IMG/VR virus record: IMGVR_UViG_3300037067_017690 | Span: 41,869-105,868 of that record | Length of the DNA: 64,000 nt | Reading direction: 5' to 3' (one strand) | From: a virus | Lineage: Duplodnaviria > Caudoviricetes | The notes under the pieces: generated by a model | Database searches by the model: none | What the model saw: the letters and a program-made list of their open reading frames with translations, nothing else | What the model was told of the DNA's origin: nothing | Program-made: the position numbers and the translations under genes | Shown: positions 1 through 9,249 of the stretch, piece after piece | Layout: each line of letters starts with the position of its first letter | Position numbering within the stretch: position 1 is the stretch's first letter

Positions 1-893
1 CTAGGTATAATTCCATTCAAAATTGATTGATTAAAAATATTATTGCACTTTATGCATTGCCAAGGATAATTTTCATGACCATTAGTATAATCTTCTAATG
101 AAAATAATGGCCTGATTGTTTTAAAATTCAAAATTTTATTATAGAATTTTTTATTCTTAGTTTTTAATATTTTTGTTTTAATTGGATTAGATTGTTGTGG
201 ATAATTTGTTCCATATTTTTTAAGATTGGTTTGTTTTATTTGCTTTTTTATGGATTCATGTTGAAAATTCCATTCACAACCATATTTTTTAAGATTAGTT
301 TGTTTTATTTTATTTTCAATTTTTTCAGATTGTCTTGGATTTTTTACTCCATATTTTTCAAGATTGGTTTGTTTAATCTTTTCCTTAGTTTCTTCTGATT
401 GAAAATTATGCTCTACTCCATATTTTTCAAGATTAGTTTGTTTAATCTTTTCTCGAATTTTTTTAGAGCTCAGGACATTTTCACAACCATATTTTTCAAG
501 ATTAGTTTGTTTTATTTTATTTTTTATTTTTTCAGATTGAAATGGATTTTCTACTCCATATTTTTTAAGATTAGTTTGCTTGGATTTTTCTTGTACATAT
601 TTATTTTTCATAGAACATTTATGTCCATATTTTTCAAGATTGGTGGCATTTTGTTTGGCCTTTACAAATATGTTTTGCGAAGAATGTTTTACTCCATATT
701 TTTCAAGATTAGTTTGTTTTATTTTATTTTTTATTTTTTCAGATTGAAATGGATTTTCTACTCCATATTTTTTAAGATTAGTTTGCTTGGCGAATTTTAA
801 TTTATACGTCATCCCTTCCTTAGAAAAAGAACATTTTTGAGAACAAAATGTTTTATGATTATGATTTTTTCGACATACTGGGCATATACTCAT
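1..893 (-). CDS. Partial (runs off window) KQTNLEKYG-repeat protein, probable homing-endonuclease-like; paralog of 52689..54533
   Basis: Not in ORF track. Manual translation from ATG at 893: MSICPVCRKNHNHKTFCSQKC... then ~9 repeats of KQTNL(E/K)KYGxx(N/H)xxQ, then IRPLFSLEDY...WQCIKCN, collinear with VKPLFDINEY...WLCLGCN in 52689..54533. Confidence 0.8.
   Translation of the reverse strand, partial: MSICPVCRKNHNHKTFCSQKCSFSKEGMTYKLKFAKQTNLKKYGVENPFQSEKIKNKIKQTNLEKYGVKHSSQNIFVKAKQNATNLEKYGHKCSMKNKYVQEKSKQTNLKKYGVENPFQSEKIKNKIKQTNLEKYGCENVLSSKKIREKIKQTNLEKYGVEHNFQSEETKEKIKQTNLEKYGVKNPRQSEKIENKIKQTNLKKYGCEWNFQHESIKKQIKQTNLKKYGTNYPQQSNPIKTKILKTKNKKFYNKILNFKTIRPLFSLEDYTNGHENYPWQCIKCNNIFNQSILNGIIP
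195..790 (-). repeat. Coding tandem repeats (~69-bp / ~23-aa period), core CCATATTTTT(C/T)AAGATT(A/G)GTTTG on + strand
   Basis: Core recurs ~9 times in frame with the minus-strand ORF. Confidence 0.85.
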
Positions 894-938
894 AAAAAGA
901 ATATACCGCAATTATAATTTTTCAAAAGAGGAATTTTT

Positions 939-2273
939 ATGGCCGAAAATGACAATTTTAATTTATTGAAAGCAATTCAAGGTAGAAGAATTGTTTTTGA
1001 ACGCATATTTCATGATGGATCTGGTTCGCCTCGAGATCCAGATAATTTCGGAATCGGCAATGTAAGTGAACCCAATTTTGTAATTAAAAGTCCAAAACAA
1101 GTCCAAGTATATATGGGAATCGGTGATAGATTAGACACAGGGAAATTTAGATTTGTATGGAATACTCCGATTGATGCTCAACCAGGAGAAGATTGGCAAA
1201 TCGAATATGGTATGACAATATCAGGCACTTATAGAACTCAAAAAGAAAAATTTACAGTGATTGATGTTGCAGATGTCGAAGATGTTGGTGCGGAATTGCA
1301 TGAAGCAGAACAAAAAGATGAAATATTATTTTATCTCGAGAATAATCCAGAATATTATGTAATTCAAATTGTGAGCAATGATGGTTATTTAATAGATCCA
1401 AATGAATTGGAAATTGTCATATTACCTGAAAATGATGCCAATCCTGTTTATTCTGCAGGAAGACAAGATTTGAAATATTTATCAGTTGGAAAATATGAAG
1501 TAGAAATTCCAGGATTGTTACGAGGTGATTATGTAATGATGTATCGTTACAGATATAATTCAACAACTCGTCCTGAAATGAAAGCTCTTAAATTAAAAAT
1601 CATCACTCCATTACATTTTAGTGTAATGCCTGAAATTAGATTTCATATAGATAAAGCACAAAAATCTATGAATAAAGTTCAGGGATATACAGATGCAGAT
1701 TTATTATTAGCTATGGGAATGTCAGCAGATTTCTTTAATGAACATCCTCCAAAATCAGCATTTGCCGCAGAAGAAGTAATGATGAATTGGAGATTATGTT
1801 TTATTTATGGTGCTTCTATCTGGGCATTAAAAGCTCAATATATTATGGAAGTTGATTTGAGTTTTGATTATTCAGGTCAAACAATTTCTTTGACTTATGA
1901 TCATAAAGGGGATATTTCTTCTTATATTCAAAGTTTATTAGAAGAATATCGTACAATGATGGATAAAATCAAAACTCATATCGCTCTTGATAGTATTGCC
2001 GGAGGTTCCATCGGTAAAAGAGTTTATGGACCTGCAAATACATATATCTTTGGTGATCACGCAATTGATAGTGGAGGAGTTGGTCAAAATAATACTGGGA
2101 GAACGAATGCTGCTTCTCCAAGATCTGCAAATCAAATAACGCAAAAAACTATAAATACAAATGATATGTATTGGTGGCATTCTGTTTATAAACGCAGTAC
2201 GCCAAGTGGTCCTCAGAATAGTGCAAACCCTATCGGGAATCCACGAATGTTTCCAGCAATTAAATTTCATTAA
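939..2273 (+). CDS. Hypothetical protein, probably virion structural (head-tail/neck-like)
   Basis: 444-aa ORF with GAGG SD; first gene of a plus-strand operon containing a baseplate-like gene; function is inferred. Confidence 0.4.
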   Translation: MAENDNFNLLKAIQGRRIVFERIFHDGSGSPRDPDNFGIGNVSEPNFVIKSPKQVQVYMGIGDRLDTGKFRFVWNTPIDAQPGEDWQIEYGMTISGTYRTQKEKFTVIDVADVEDVGAELHEAEQKDEILFYLENNPEYYVIQIVSNDGYLIDPNELEIVILPENDANPVYSAGRQDLKYLSVGKYEVEIPGLLRGDYVMMYRYRYNSTTRPEMKALKLKIITPLHFSVMPEIRFHIDKAQKSMNKVQGYTDADLLLAMGMSADFFNEHPPKSAFAAEEVMMNWRLCFIYGASIWALKAQYIMEVDLSFDYSGQTISLTYDHKGDISSYIQSLLEEYRTMMDKIKTHIALDSIAGGSIGKRVYGPANTYIFGDHAIDSGGVGQNNTGRTNAASPRSANQITQKTINTNDMYWWHSVYKRSTPSGPQNSANPIGNPRMFPAIKFH

Positions 2274-2281
2274 AGGATATT

Positions 2282-2677
2282 ATGACCCTTTCACAACTAA
2301 TTAGACACGCTTCAGAATCTCATTCTTTAGAATATTTGTTAACACTCCCAGCAATGAGTAAGATTGAAATGACAGGAGAAGACAATCAAGAATTTACTGT
2401 AATTGGAAAAAAAGGATTGTATTCTTATCAAAATCAATCTGATCTTACACTTCAAGAATTGATTCAATTGCTTCCAATTCAAAAATACCAATTTGAAATA
2501 GAATTTGAACAAGAAGAAAGAGATATATTGAATGAAGCTAGAATTCTTAGATCAATAATCCAGAGAAAACCAGAATTAAAAGAAAAATTAAAAGAATTAG
2601 AATCTGAAATAGCTAAAGATCCTAAATCGGCATATGAGTATGCTTTAAATGCTAAAAACAAAATTGATAAATTTTAG
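2282..2677 (+). CDS. Truncated paralog of the repeat protein at 41366..42439
   Basis: First ~124 aa nearly identical to that protein; ends after one IAKDPxxAYEYA repeat. Confidence 0.8.
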   Translation: MTLSQLIRHASESHSLEYLLTLPAMSKIEMTGEDNQEFTVIGKKGLYSYQNQSDLTLQELIQLLPIQKYQFEIEFEQEERDILNEARILRSIIQRKPELKEKLKELESEIAKDPKSAYEYALNAKNKIDKF

Positions 2678-2685
2678 GAGATACT

Positions 2686-3138
2686 ATGAATTTAAAAAAT
2701 ATTGCAAAAAAAATTGCTCAGATAACAAATTTTGATATAATGCAAGAATTAAATAAAGATCTTGAATTGGAATATGCTGCGGCAATTCAATACATTCAAC
2801 ACGCTGCTCAAATTAAAGGTGCAGAATTTTTCAGTGTACAAAAAGAATTAATAAAACATTCCGAAGAAGAAATGCAACACGCTGTAAAGATTAGTGAATG
2901 GATTAATACCCTTGGCGGCATTTCAACGATAGATGTCGAAACAAGAAAAATTTCTGAGGATTCAATTGAAATGTTACATCAAGATTTAGATGGGGAAATG
3001 GATGCAATTTCACGATATAAAAATAGAATTGGCCAAGCTGAACAATTAGGTGAATTAGGATTAAAAAAAGATTTGATGGAAATTCTTTCTGAAGAAGAAG
3101 AACATCGTAGAGATTTAGAATTTGCAATAGGATTATAA
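2686..3138 (+). CDS. Ferritin-like / bacterioferritin-like di-iron protein
   Basis: Four-helix ferroxidase pattern LELEYAAAIQY...EEEMQH...GEMDAISRY...EEEEH; AGGAG SD. Confidence 0.85.
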   Translation: MNLKNIAKKIAQITNFDIMQELNKDLELEYAAAIQYIQHAAQIKGAEFFSVQKELIKHSEEEMQHAVKISEWINTLGGISTIDVETRKISEDSIEMLHQDLDGEMDAISRYKNRIGQAEQLGELGLKKDLMEILSEEEEHRRDLEFAIGL

Positions 3139-3139
3139 A

Positions 3140-5002
3140 ATGGCTGATCCATATGTTGAATTATTTAATATTGAACAATTTGCTGGCATTAATATAGCTG
3201 AGTCATATTATCAGTTTTATCTCTCTGCGATAAGACGTGATCCATTTTATGCTACTGATAGATTTTTAATTCCTTATCTTTTTACTCCAATCCAATTTAA
3301 AGCAGAAATTCATAATCATTCGAATCCAATTGGTTGGAAAGTAGAAGTCTATAATGGTAATGCAAAAATTTACGCATTTATAAATGAATCTGCTACATTT
3401 TTCTTTCAAATAACTCCTCGTAAAGGTCCGAATAAAATTTATCTTGTTTTATACGATCAAACAAATAAACAATTTGAAACTATTCCTGTATTTTTTGAAG
3501 CTGTTGATTATTTAATGCCTTCATTTCCATTTATAAATGAAATGGTAAAAAATCGAATTCATATAGAAAAATTATTGAATTATTCTATAACAAATGAAAA
3601 ATTAAATTCTGTTGAAATTGAAGAAACTTGGGGTAAATTGGGAGCAAGATTTGATTCAAATAGATCCGATTCTTTAGATTCAGAATTATCCTACAGATTA
3701 AGAGTACGGACTTATCTTCAAGGTATTTATGAAAAGAAAGATAAAAATGATGGATTGAAAGATGTTCTATATTCAATTTTTGGAATTAATCCTATTATTG
3801 TTAATCATCAGGATATTAGATTTCCAATATCTGTTGTTGGTAATATAGGTTCTGCTACAAAATGGGCAAATGATGATTATGGATCATTTGGATCTGGGGC
3901 AATAGGCCAAATGGTATTACGAGATGAAACGATTATCAATAATGGATTCGATGTAATTGTGTGGGGAGAAAAAGATGTAGATGTCATCAGAAATAAAATT
4001 GATCAAATTTCTCCTATTTATACAGAATATGGGATTAAACTCGGCTCAGACTATATCTCCTACGCTCTCTCGAGCCCCACAGACGAAAAGTTTACATTTG
4101 AAAAGGGGTTTCTCTATATAGATAGATTTAACATCGTAAACAAAAAAAATGAGCTCTCTCCGAGTGTTATAACAGTGATTGAAGAAACTATTCCATTTGA
4201 AATTGGGGAAAAGGTAAAACTGGGAAGTCAAGAATACACTGTAAAATTTATAGACACAAATGATAAAGAAATTGGTTTTGAAGAAAATATTTTAGAAACG
4301 GTTGATGGATTGAAAATTGGTTCAGCAGAAGAAGCAATATATGAAACAGATATATTGCCAATTCCAGATGAATCTATTTATTATGGAGATTTATTTCTGT
4401 ATAAATTTAATACAGCAGAAGTAAATCTTTATTTAAAAAGAGCCAAATCAACTTCTGAAATGTTATCAGTTTCATATACGCCATTCAATATTAATGAATT
4501 AGTATCTTATGGAATGGTAGATGATTTAATTGATATGGAAACAACTGGACCAATATGGCAGACCGGGAGGACATATAATTTTGCTTCACCTGCTGGAAAA
4601 TATATTTACAGAGAATTATCAGAACCATTACACATTGATGGAATAGAATCATTTAAATTAACAGTTACTTCTAGTTTACCAGGAACTAATTTGTTATTTT
4701 TTGGATTAGGAACAAGATTATGGTCTAATTATCAAGATATTGAATATTTAGTCCCTATTAATTTATCAGGAACTACTTCTGAAGATAAAGTGTTTGATGT
4801 TTCTGATATAGATGCAAAAATCATAAATAATATAAGGTATATATATATAATACAAGGAACTTCTGGTTCTGTGTTTGTGGCCACATTTTCTAAATTAACA
4901 ACAGATAAAACTTGTTCATTTTTTAAATTGAAAGCTACAGTTAAAAATGTCACTCAAAAATATGATTTTGCAATGGGTGATTTTATATTAAAGAAAATTT
5001 AA
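3140..5002 (+). CDS. Putative baseplate/tail structural protein
   Basis: 620 aa; WGKLGARF...ESELSYRLRVR-like segment (DSELSYRLRVR...GLKDVLYSIFG) resembles baseplate-wedge ExDxxYRxRI motif; beta-rich C-terminus. Confidence 0.4.
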   Translation: MADPYVELFNIEQFAGINIAESYYQFYLSAIRRDPFYATDRFLIPYLFTPIQFKAEIHNHSNPIGWKVEVYNGNAKIYAFINESATFFFQITPRKGPNKIYLVLYDQTNKQFETIPVFFEAVDYLMPSFPFINEMVKNRIHIEKLLNYSITNEKLNSVEIEETWGKLGARFDSNRSDSLDSELSYRLRVRTYLQGIYEKKDKNDGLKDVLYSIFGINPIIVNHQDIRFPISVVGNIGSATKWANDDYGSFGSGAIGQMVLRDETIINNGFDVIVWGEKDVDVIRNKIDQISPIYTEYGIKLGSDYISYALSSPTDEKFTFEKGFLYIDRFNIVNKKNELSPSVITVIEETIPFEIGEKVKLGSQEYTVKFIDTNDKEIGFEENILETVDGLKIGSAEEAIYETDILPIPDESIYYGDLFLYKFNTAEVNLYLKRAKSTSEMLSVSYTPFNINELVSYGMVDDLIDMETTGPIWQTGRTYNFASPAGKYIYRELSEPLHIDGIESFKLTVTSSLPGTNLLFFGLGTRLWSNYQDIEYLVPINLSGTTSEDKVFDVSDIDAKIINNIRYIYIIQGTSGSVFVATFSKLTTDKTCSFFKLKATVKNVTQKYDFAMGDFILKKI

Positions 5003-5014
5003 GGAGAGTGAAAA

Positions 5015-5236
5015 ATGTATTATGAAAAAATCAAAAAATTATTACATGAAGAATACGGAATTCAAAATTTTGATTCGAATACTAAATTTAGTGAACTTGG
5101 ATTAGATTCGTTAGATAAAGTTGAAATTATCATGTATCTAGAAGAAGAATTCAATATTGAAATTACTGATGAAGAAGGAGATAATGTTAACACAGTAAAA
5201 GATTTAGTTGAATTAATTCAAAATAAGAAAAATTAA
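5015..5236 (+). CDS. acpP: Acyl carrier protein
   Basis: LGLDSLDKVEIIMYLEEEFNIEI phosphopantetheine motif; 73 aa, acidic; AAGGAG SD. Confidence 0.92.
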   Translation: MYYEKIKKLLHEEYGIQNFDSNTKFSELGLDSLDKVEIIMYLEEEFNIEITDEEGDNVNTVKDLVELIQNKKN

Positions 5237-5637
5237 ACATTTTGTATAACAACCTTTTTAGTATCAACAAAATAAAGTGCTCTAATATTATATCCATTAT
5301 TTCCCCTCAGATGTTGATAACTATAATTTAATCTATAGATAATAAATCTTTCATCTTGATTGACACCGATCAAAAATTCTATTTTCCCAGTTTTGATTAT
5401 AGGTGCCAATACACCACAATCTTCAGATTTGTATTCCATAACATCAATAAGTTGCATTTTATTAGATTGTAATAAGTCATCAAAAGAAAAATTTTTTAAA
5501 TGACTATTTAAATTAATCAATGACAATTCTAATCCCATTTCTTTTTGCGCAACTTTAAGACCTTCAACCAAATCTGTTTTAGCAATAGGATCTTTCGCCA
5601 CTTTTTTTATTTCTTCTGCTATTTTTGAAAGTTTCAT
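5233..5637 (-). CDS. Hypothetical protein with K-x-A leader (MKLSKIAEEIKKVA)
   Basis: 134-aa ORF with GGAG SD, overlaps upstream stop. Confidence 0.6.
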   Translation of the reverse strand: MKLSKIAEEIKKVAKDPIAKTDLVEGLKVAQKEMGLELSLINLNSHLKNFSFDDLLQSNKMQLIDVMEYKSEDCGVLAPIIKTGKIEFLIGVNQDERFIIYRLNYSYQHLRGNNGYNIRALYFVDTKKVVIQNV

Positions 5638-6350
5638 TTTATTTCTCCGATATATGTATTTTTTGGTTTTGGTATTACCCTTGGTCTTGGACTTTTAAAT
5701 GGATCATCTTCGGGAGTTGGTTTTGTTTTTACAGGTGTACGTAAAGGTCTTGTCACAGGTTTCTTTTCAGGAGCATGAACTTGAGCTGTTTTATTTTCTT
5801 CTTTTAATTGTTTGAATGCTCTTATGAAATCATCGTTTTCAATTTCTGAGAGAAATTTTTCAATATTAACTGCTCTATCATCGCGATTCTGAAATATCTT
5901 TAGTTTTGGTGAATAGCCATAAACTTCATTAGTTATTTTATTTCTAATGAAATAAAGACCACCTATTTTAAGATATTCTTCCATGTATCTTGGAGTTTGA
6001 AGATCCATTCTGGTTTGTTTGAAATAATGGCAATCTTCTATTCCTGTCATTTCTTTAATTAACCATTCTGAGTCTTCATAAATTGAAATAGAAACTACTT
6101 TCCTAATTTCTTCAGCTATTTTTTCAAGATTCAAAAGTTTTTGCACTTTATCTGTTATATATATTTGACATTTTAGTCCATACTTATGTGGATCTGTAAT
6201 AATAGATTTTAATTTATCATTCGGTAGTTTAATTAATTTATTATACCATGATTCCATTTGTTTATCATTATATTTTCCACATTCTGCCATGCTTTCTCTA
6301 ATCACTGAAATTAAATCCGATTTATCATCAGCTATTTTTTTAAGATTCAT
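5634..6350 (-). CDS. Hypothetical protein with K-x-A leader and Pro/Lys/Thr-rich tail
   Basis: Start reassigned to ATG at 6350 (AAGGA SD, MNLKKIA); longer track ORF overlaps neighbour. Confidence 0.6.
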   Translation of the reverse strand: MNLKKIADDKSDLISVIRESMAECGKYNDKQMESWYNKLIKLPNDKLKSIITDPHKYGLKCQIYITDKVQKLLNLEKIAEEIRKVVSISIYEDSEWLIKEMTGIEDCHYFKQTRMDLQTPRYMEEYLKIGGLYFIRNKITNEVYGYSPKLKIFQNRDDRAVNIEKFLSEIENDDFIRAFKQLKEENKTAQVHAPEKKPVTRPLRTPVKTKPTPEDDPFKSPRPRVIPKPKNTYIGEIK

Positions 6351-6360
6351 AAAATTTTCC

Positions 6361-6702
6361 TTATGCGACATTAAAATGTACAGATTTTGGAAAACCAGAT
6401 GTCCACCCACCAATATAAAAATCTTTATCACTAAGCTTATCTGGTATTTTTCCATTAACTGCTTTTATAATTGCTGGTGGCACAACCTTATTTAATACTT
6501 CATCTATATTATTATCAAGAGTGTCAATTTCTATATTGACTGGTTGTTTAATAATTTCTTGATTTTTCGTCTTATAAAATCTAATTTTTGCTTTTACAGT
6601 AAATGATGGCACTTGTATGTTAATGGTAGTTTTATCATCATACACATATCCTTCAAACTTTGCCACTTTTCTAATTCTTTCAGCTATTTTTTTAAGATTC
6701 AT
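6361..6702 (-). CDS. Hypothetical protein with K-x-A leader (MNLKKIAERIRKVA)
   Basis: 113-aa ORF, AAGGA SD. Confidence 0.6.
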   Translation of the reverse strand: MNLKKIAERIRKVAKFEGYVYDDKTTINIQVPSFTVKAKIRFYKTKNQEIIKQPVNIEIDTLDNNIDEVLNKVVPPAIIKAVNGKIPDKLSDKDFYIGGWTSGFPKSVHFNVA

Positions 6703-6713
6703 AAATTTTTCCT

Positions 6714-9155
6714 TTATCCGTTTTTCCAGTCATCGGGATCTTCGGCTAAATCTTCCTCATCTGGATTTTCTAGATCTTCAAGCATTTCTCGAAGATTTTC
6801 CTTTTTAATAATTATAGCGTCTAAAAGATCCGCAGCTTCTTTGGGATAATCAATGCATGCTTCAATTACTTTATGAACTGTATCTGGATCTTCTTGTGAT
6901 AAAAACATTAAGATCTTCGCAACAGGAATTTTTAATTCACGACGAGCATTCATATCTTGAATTGCTTTTGAAAATTTTCTCCACATTTGAGTACCAATTT
7001 GAATCAACCAAGGTTCATGTTTTATATCATCAGCTTTAATCAAAACATTCTTTAAAGTTTTTTCATCAATACCACTTAATCCATGGTGAGTAATCATTTC
7101 GGCAACACCTTTGCAGAGTTCTTGTACAAGAACCGGAAATATGAATGCTTTAGCAATTACTACTGATTGTTCTTCTCCTTCAGAATTTTTTTCGTATTCT
7201 ACTTTAGAAGAACCAGCTGCCATTTGACCGAGACCCATTCCAGAAAAATCAAATGTCCAATACATTCTATATGAACCTACTGAAATTTTATCATAGAGAT
7301 CAACTAATTCAGGGCTAATCTGATTTAATTCTTGCATTAAGAATTTATGAAGAGTAAGCATAGCATTTACAGCAGATCCATGAACTAATGAATTCAAACT
7401 TAATCGTTTATTGACCAATTTTCTGAATCCTGGAGTTTCTTCAATTAATTCTTCGAAATCTTCGTCCGATAAATCTTCTACTGTAGTATTGATATCAACA
7501 TGTTGAGTTAATTGAGCACGAATTCTTTTTTCATCAATACCCCATACTTCGGCAACTGCTCGTACAGCAAGATCTTCAAGTTGTTTTTTATGTTGATGCT
7601 CTTCCATCATAATTCTTTGAAATAATTCCATTAGAACCATATGTCCATCAGGAAGATTGACTTCTTCTTTTCTATTTTTTATATCTTCGTAACCTTCTTG
7701 AGAAAGTTGTTCACCATAAACTGCAAAAATTGGATGTTTACCAAATTCATGAGTTTTATCATTTCTGATATTTTTCCAGAATTTTTTAGTAGATGGAGCA
7801 ACATCTTTATCAAAATTTGCTGATTTATCTATAGAGGCAGTTTTTTCAAGTTGTGAAATATTTTCTTTTAGAAGTTGAATAAAAAATTCTTCTAATCTAA
7901 AAGTTGATGGCACATACTTAATGTTTTTGAACAAATCAGAAATGTCATAATTGATATTAAATATTTCATCGAAAAATTTTATAGCATCAACAATTAATGA
8001 AACTTTTCCGGGAATAATCGTAAATTTATAATGTTTTTCTAAAGATTTTCTGATATCATCTTCTATTTGATATCTTTGAGCTTCAGAAAAAGTTTTTTGT
8101 AAGAATATTTTTAATGTTTTATCATTTTCAATTGCTTTTTCTGGAGTTTTATATTTTTGTTGCCAATCAGCAGAAAAATATGGTTCTATTAATTTGATTA
8201 TTTCATCATTTAATTCATATTTATTTTTTAATGAAGTATCAATTTTTTTCTGGATAGATAAATCAAAAACAAATTTAAAATATAGAAAATCATCACCTTC
8301 AATAAGAATTTTATCCCCAACTAATTTTGTTGAATTATCATATTTTAAAACATCCTTTAATTTTTCATTTAAGATAATTTCAATCATTTTTTCTGGTAAT
8401 TTTGCCAATAATTGTTGCTTATTGATTGATTTATCGTGCACATCCATAAATTGATGGCTACCAAATTCAAATTGGTATTTCTCAGTCCTGCCTTTTTCAT
8501 CTTTTGATTTTCTATTGATAATTATATGAAGTTGTTTGTAATTTGTAAAAGCCCCCTTACCAGTTGTGCACCATTTAGTTCCTCTCCCCCAAAAAGCAGC
8601 AGCATCATAAGATAATGGGAGAATATACATCCAATTAGAATCTTTATATAACACTTTAGTTTGAACGGTTTTTATATATTTTTCAATATCGGTTTCTTCA
8701 ATTTCTTCCTCTTCCTCTTCCTCATCTTCCAAATAATCTTTGAGTGCTAAATACAAATCACCATGAGATTTATATTTCATAATATCAGGATCTATTTTTA
8801 ATTTTTCGATTTTAGTGCGTTTACTAATAAGTTTTTCTACTTCGACTGTAGATATTTTAGGATCACCAATTTTTTTATTTAATCTTTCAAGTAATGATTT
8901 CATATACCTAACTTCATTAAAAGCAATTAGATATTCATTAATTTTATCATGATCATCTAATTGCAATTCATTTTTCTTATAAAGGATTAAAAGCCATTTA
9001 CAATAGTTCCCCATTTTCATAACTTCGTCACCCTTGACGATAGTGGTAGGATCCATTTTCAAAATATTGTAAAATATTTCTTTGTCAATGTCTTTATAGA
9101 ATTTTTCTCGAATTTCTTCTAATCGTGAATTGTGACTTCTTTTTCTTATTGGCAT
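6714..9155 (-). CDS. Large two-part hypothetical phage protein (GTKWC-motif domain plus conserved-looking helical C-terminal domain)
   Basis: 813 aa; AAAFWGRGTKWCTT motif; poly-Glu tract; EKTASIDKSA junction; FPVLVQELCKG...EPW C-terminal domain. Confidence 0.55.
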   Translation of the reverse strand: MPIRKRSHNSRLEEIREKFYKDIDKEIFYNILKMDPTTIVKGDEVMKMGNYCKWLLILYKKNELQLDDHDKINEYLIAFNEVRYMKSLLERLNKKIGDPKISTVEVEKLISKRTKIEKLKIDPDIMKYKSHGDLYLALKDYLEDEEEEEEEIEETDIEKYIKTVQTKVLYKDSNWMYILPLSYDAAAFWGRGTKWCTTGKGAFTNYKQLHIIINRKSKDEKGRTEKYQFEFGSHQFMDVHDKSINKQQLLAKLPEKMIEIILNEKLKDVLKYDNSTKLVGDKILIEGDDFLYFKFVFDLSIQKKIDTSLKNKYELNDEIIKLIEPYFSADWQQKYKTPEKAIENDKTLKIFLQKTFSEAQRYQIEDDIRKSLEKHYKFTIIPGKVSLIVDAIKFFDEIFNINYDISDLFKNIKYVPSTFRLEEFFIQLLKENISQLEKTASIDKSANFDKDVAPSTKKFWKNIRNDKTHEFGKHPIFAVYGEQLSQEGYEDIKNRKEEVNLPDGHMVLMELFQRIMMEEHQHKKQLEDLAVRAVAEVWGIDEKRIRAQLTQHVDINTTVEDLSDEDFEELIEETPGFRKLVNKRLSLNSLVHGSAVNAMLTLHKFLMQELNQISPELVDLYDKISVGSYRMYWTFDFSGMGLGQMAAGSSKVEYEKNSEGEEQSVVIAKAFIFPVLVQELCKGVAEMITHHGLSGIDEKTLKNVLIKADDIKHEPWLIQIGTQMWRKFSKAIQDMNARRELKIPVAKILMFLSQEDPDTVHKVIEACIDYPKEAADLLDAIIIKKENLREMLEDLENPDEEDLAEDPDDWKNG

Positions 9156-9249
9156 AAATTTATATTACCTTATTTTATATTTATTGTAAATATAAAAATT
9201 TTAAATCTAATTCTTAATTGTAATTAATTTTACGGTATTAATTCTTATC

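Noticed and set aside
192-800. CRISPR array, or the two Phe-rich plus-strand ORFs
   Set aside because: Repeats are degenerate, keep a multiple-of-3 period and translate on the minus strand as KQTNLEKYG repeats; some intervals are duplicated; no cas genes; plus ORFs are shadows
2282-2677. DGR template/variable repeat pair with 42050-42439
   Set aside because: Mismatches involve all bases, lie at the N-terminus, and no reverse transcriptase is in the window
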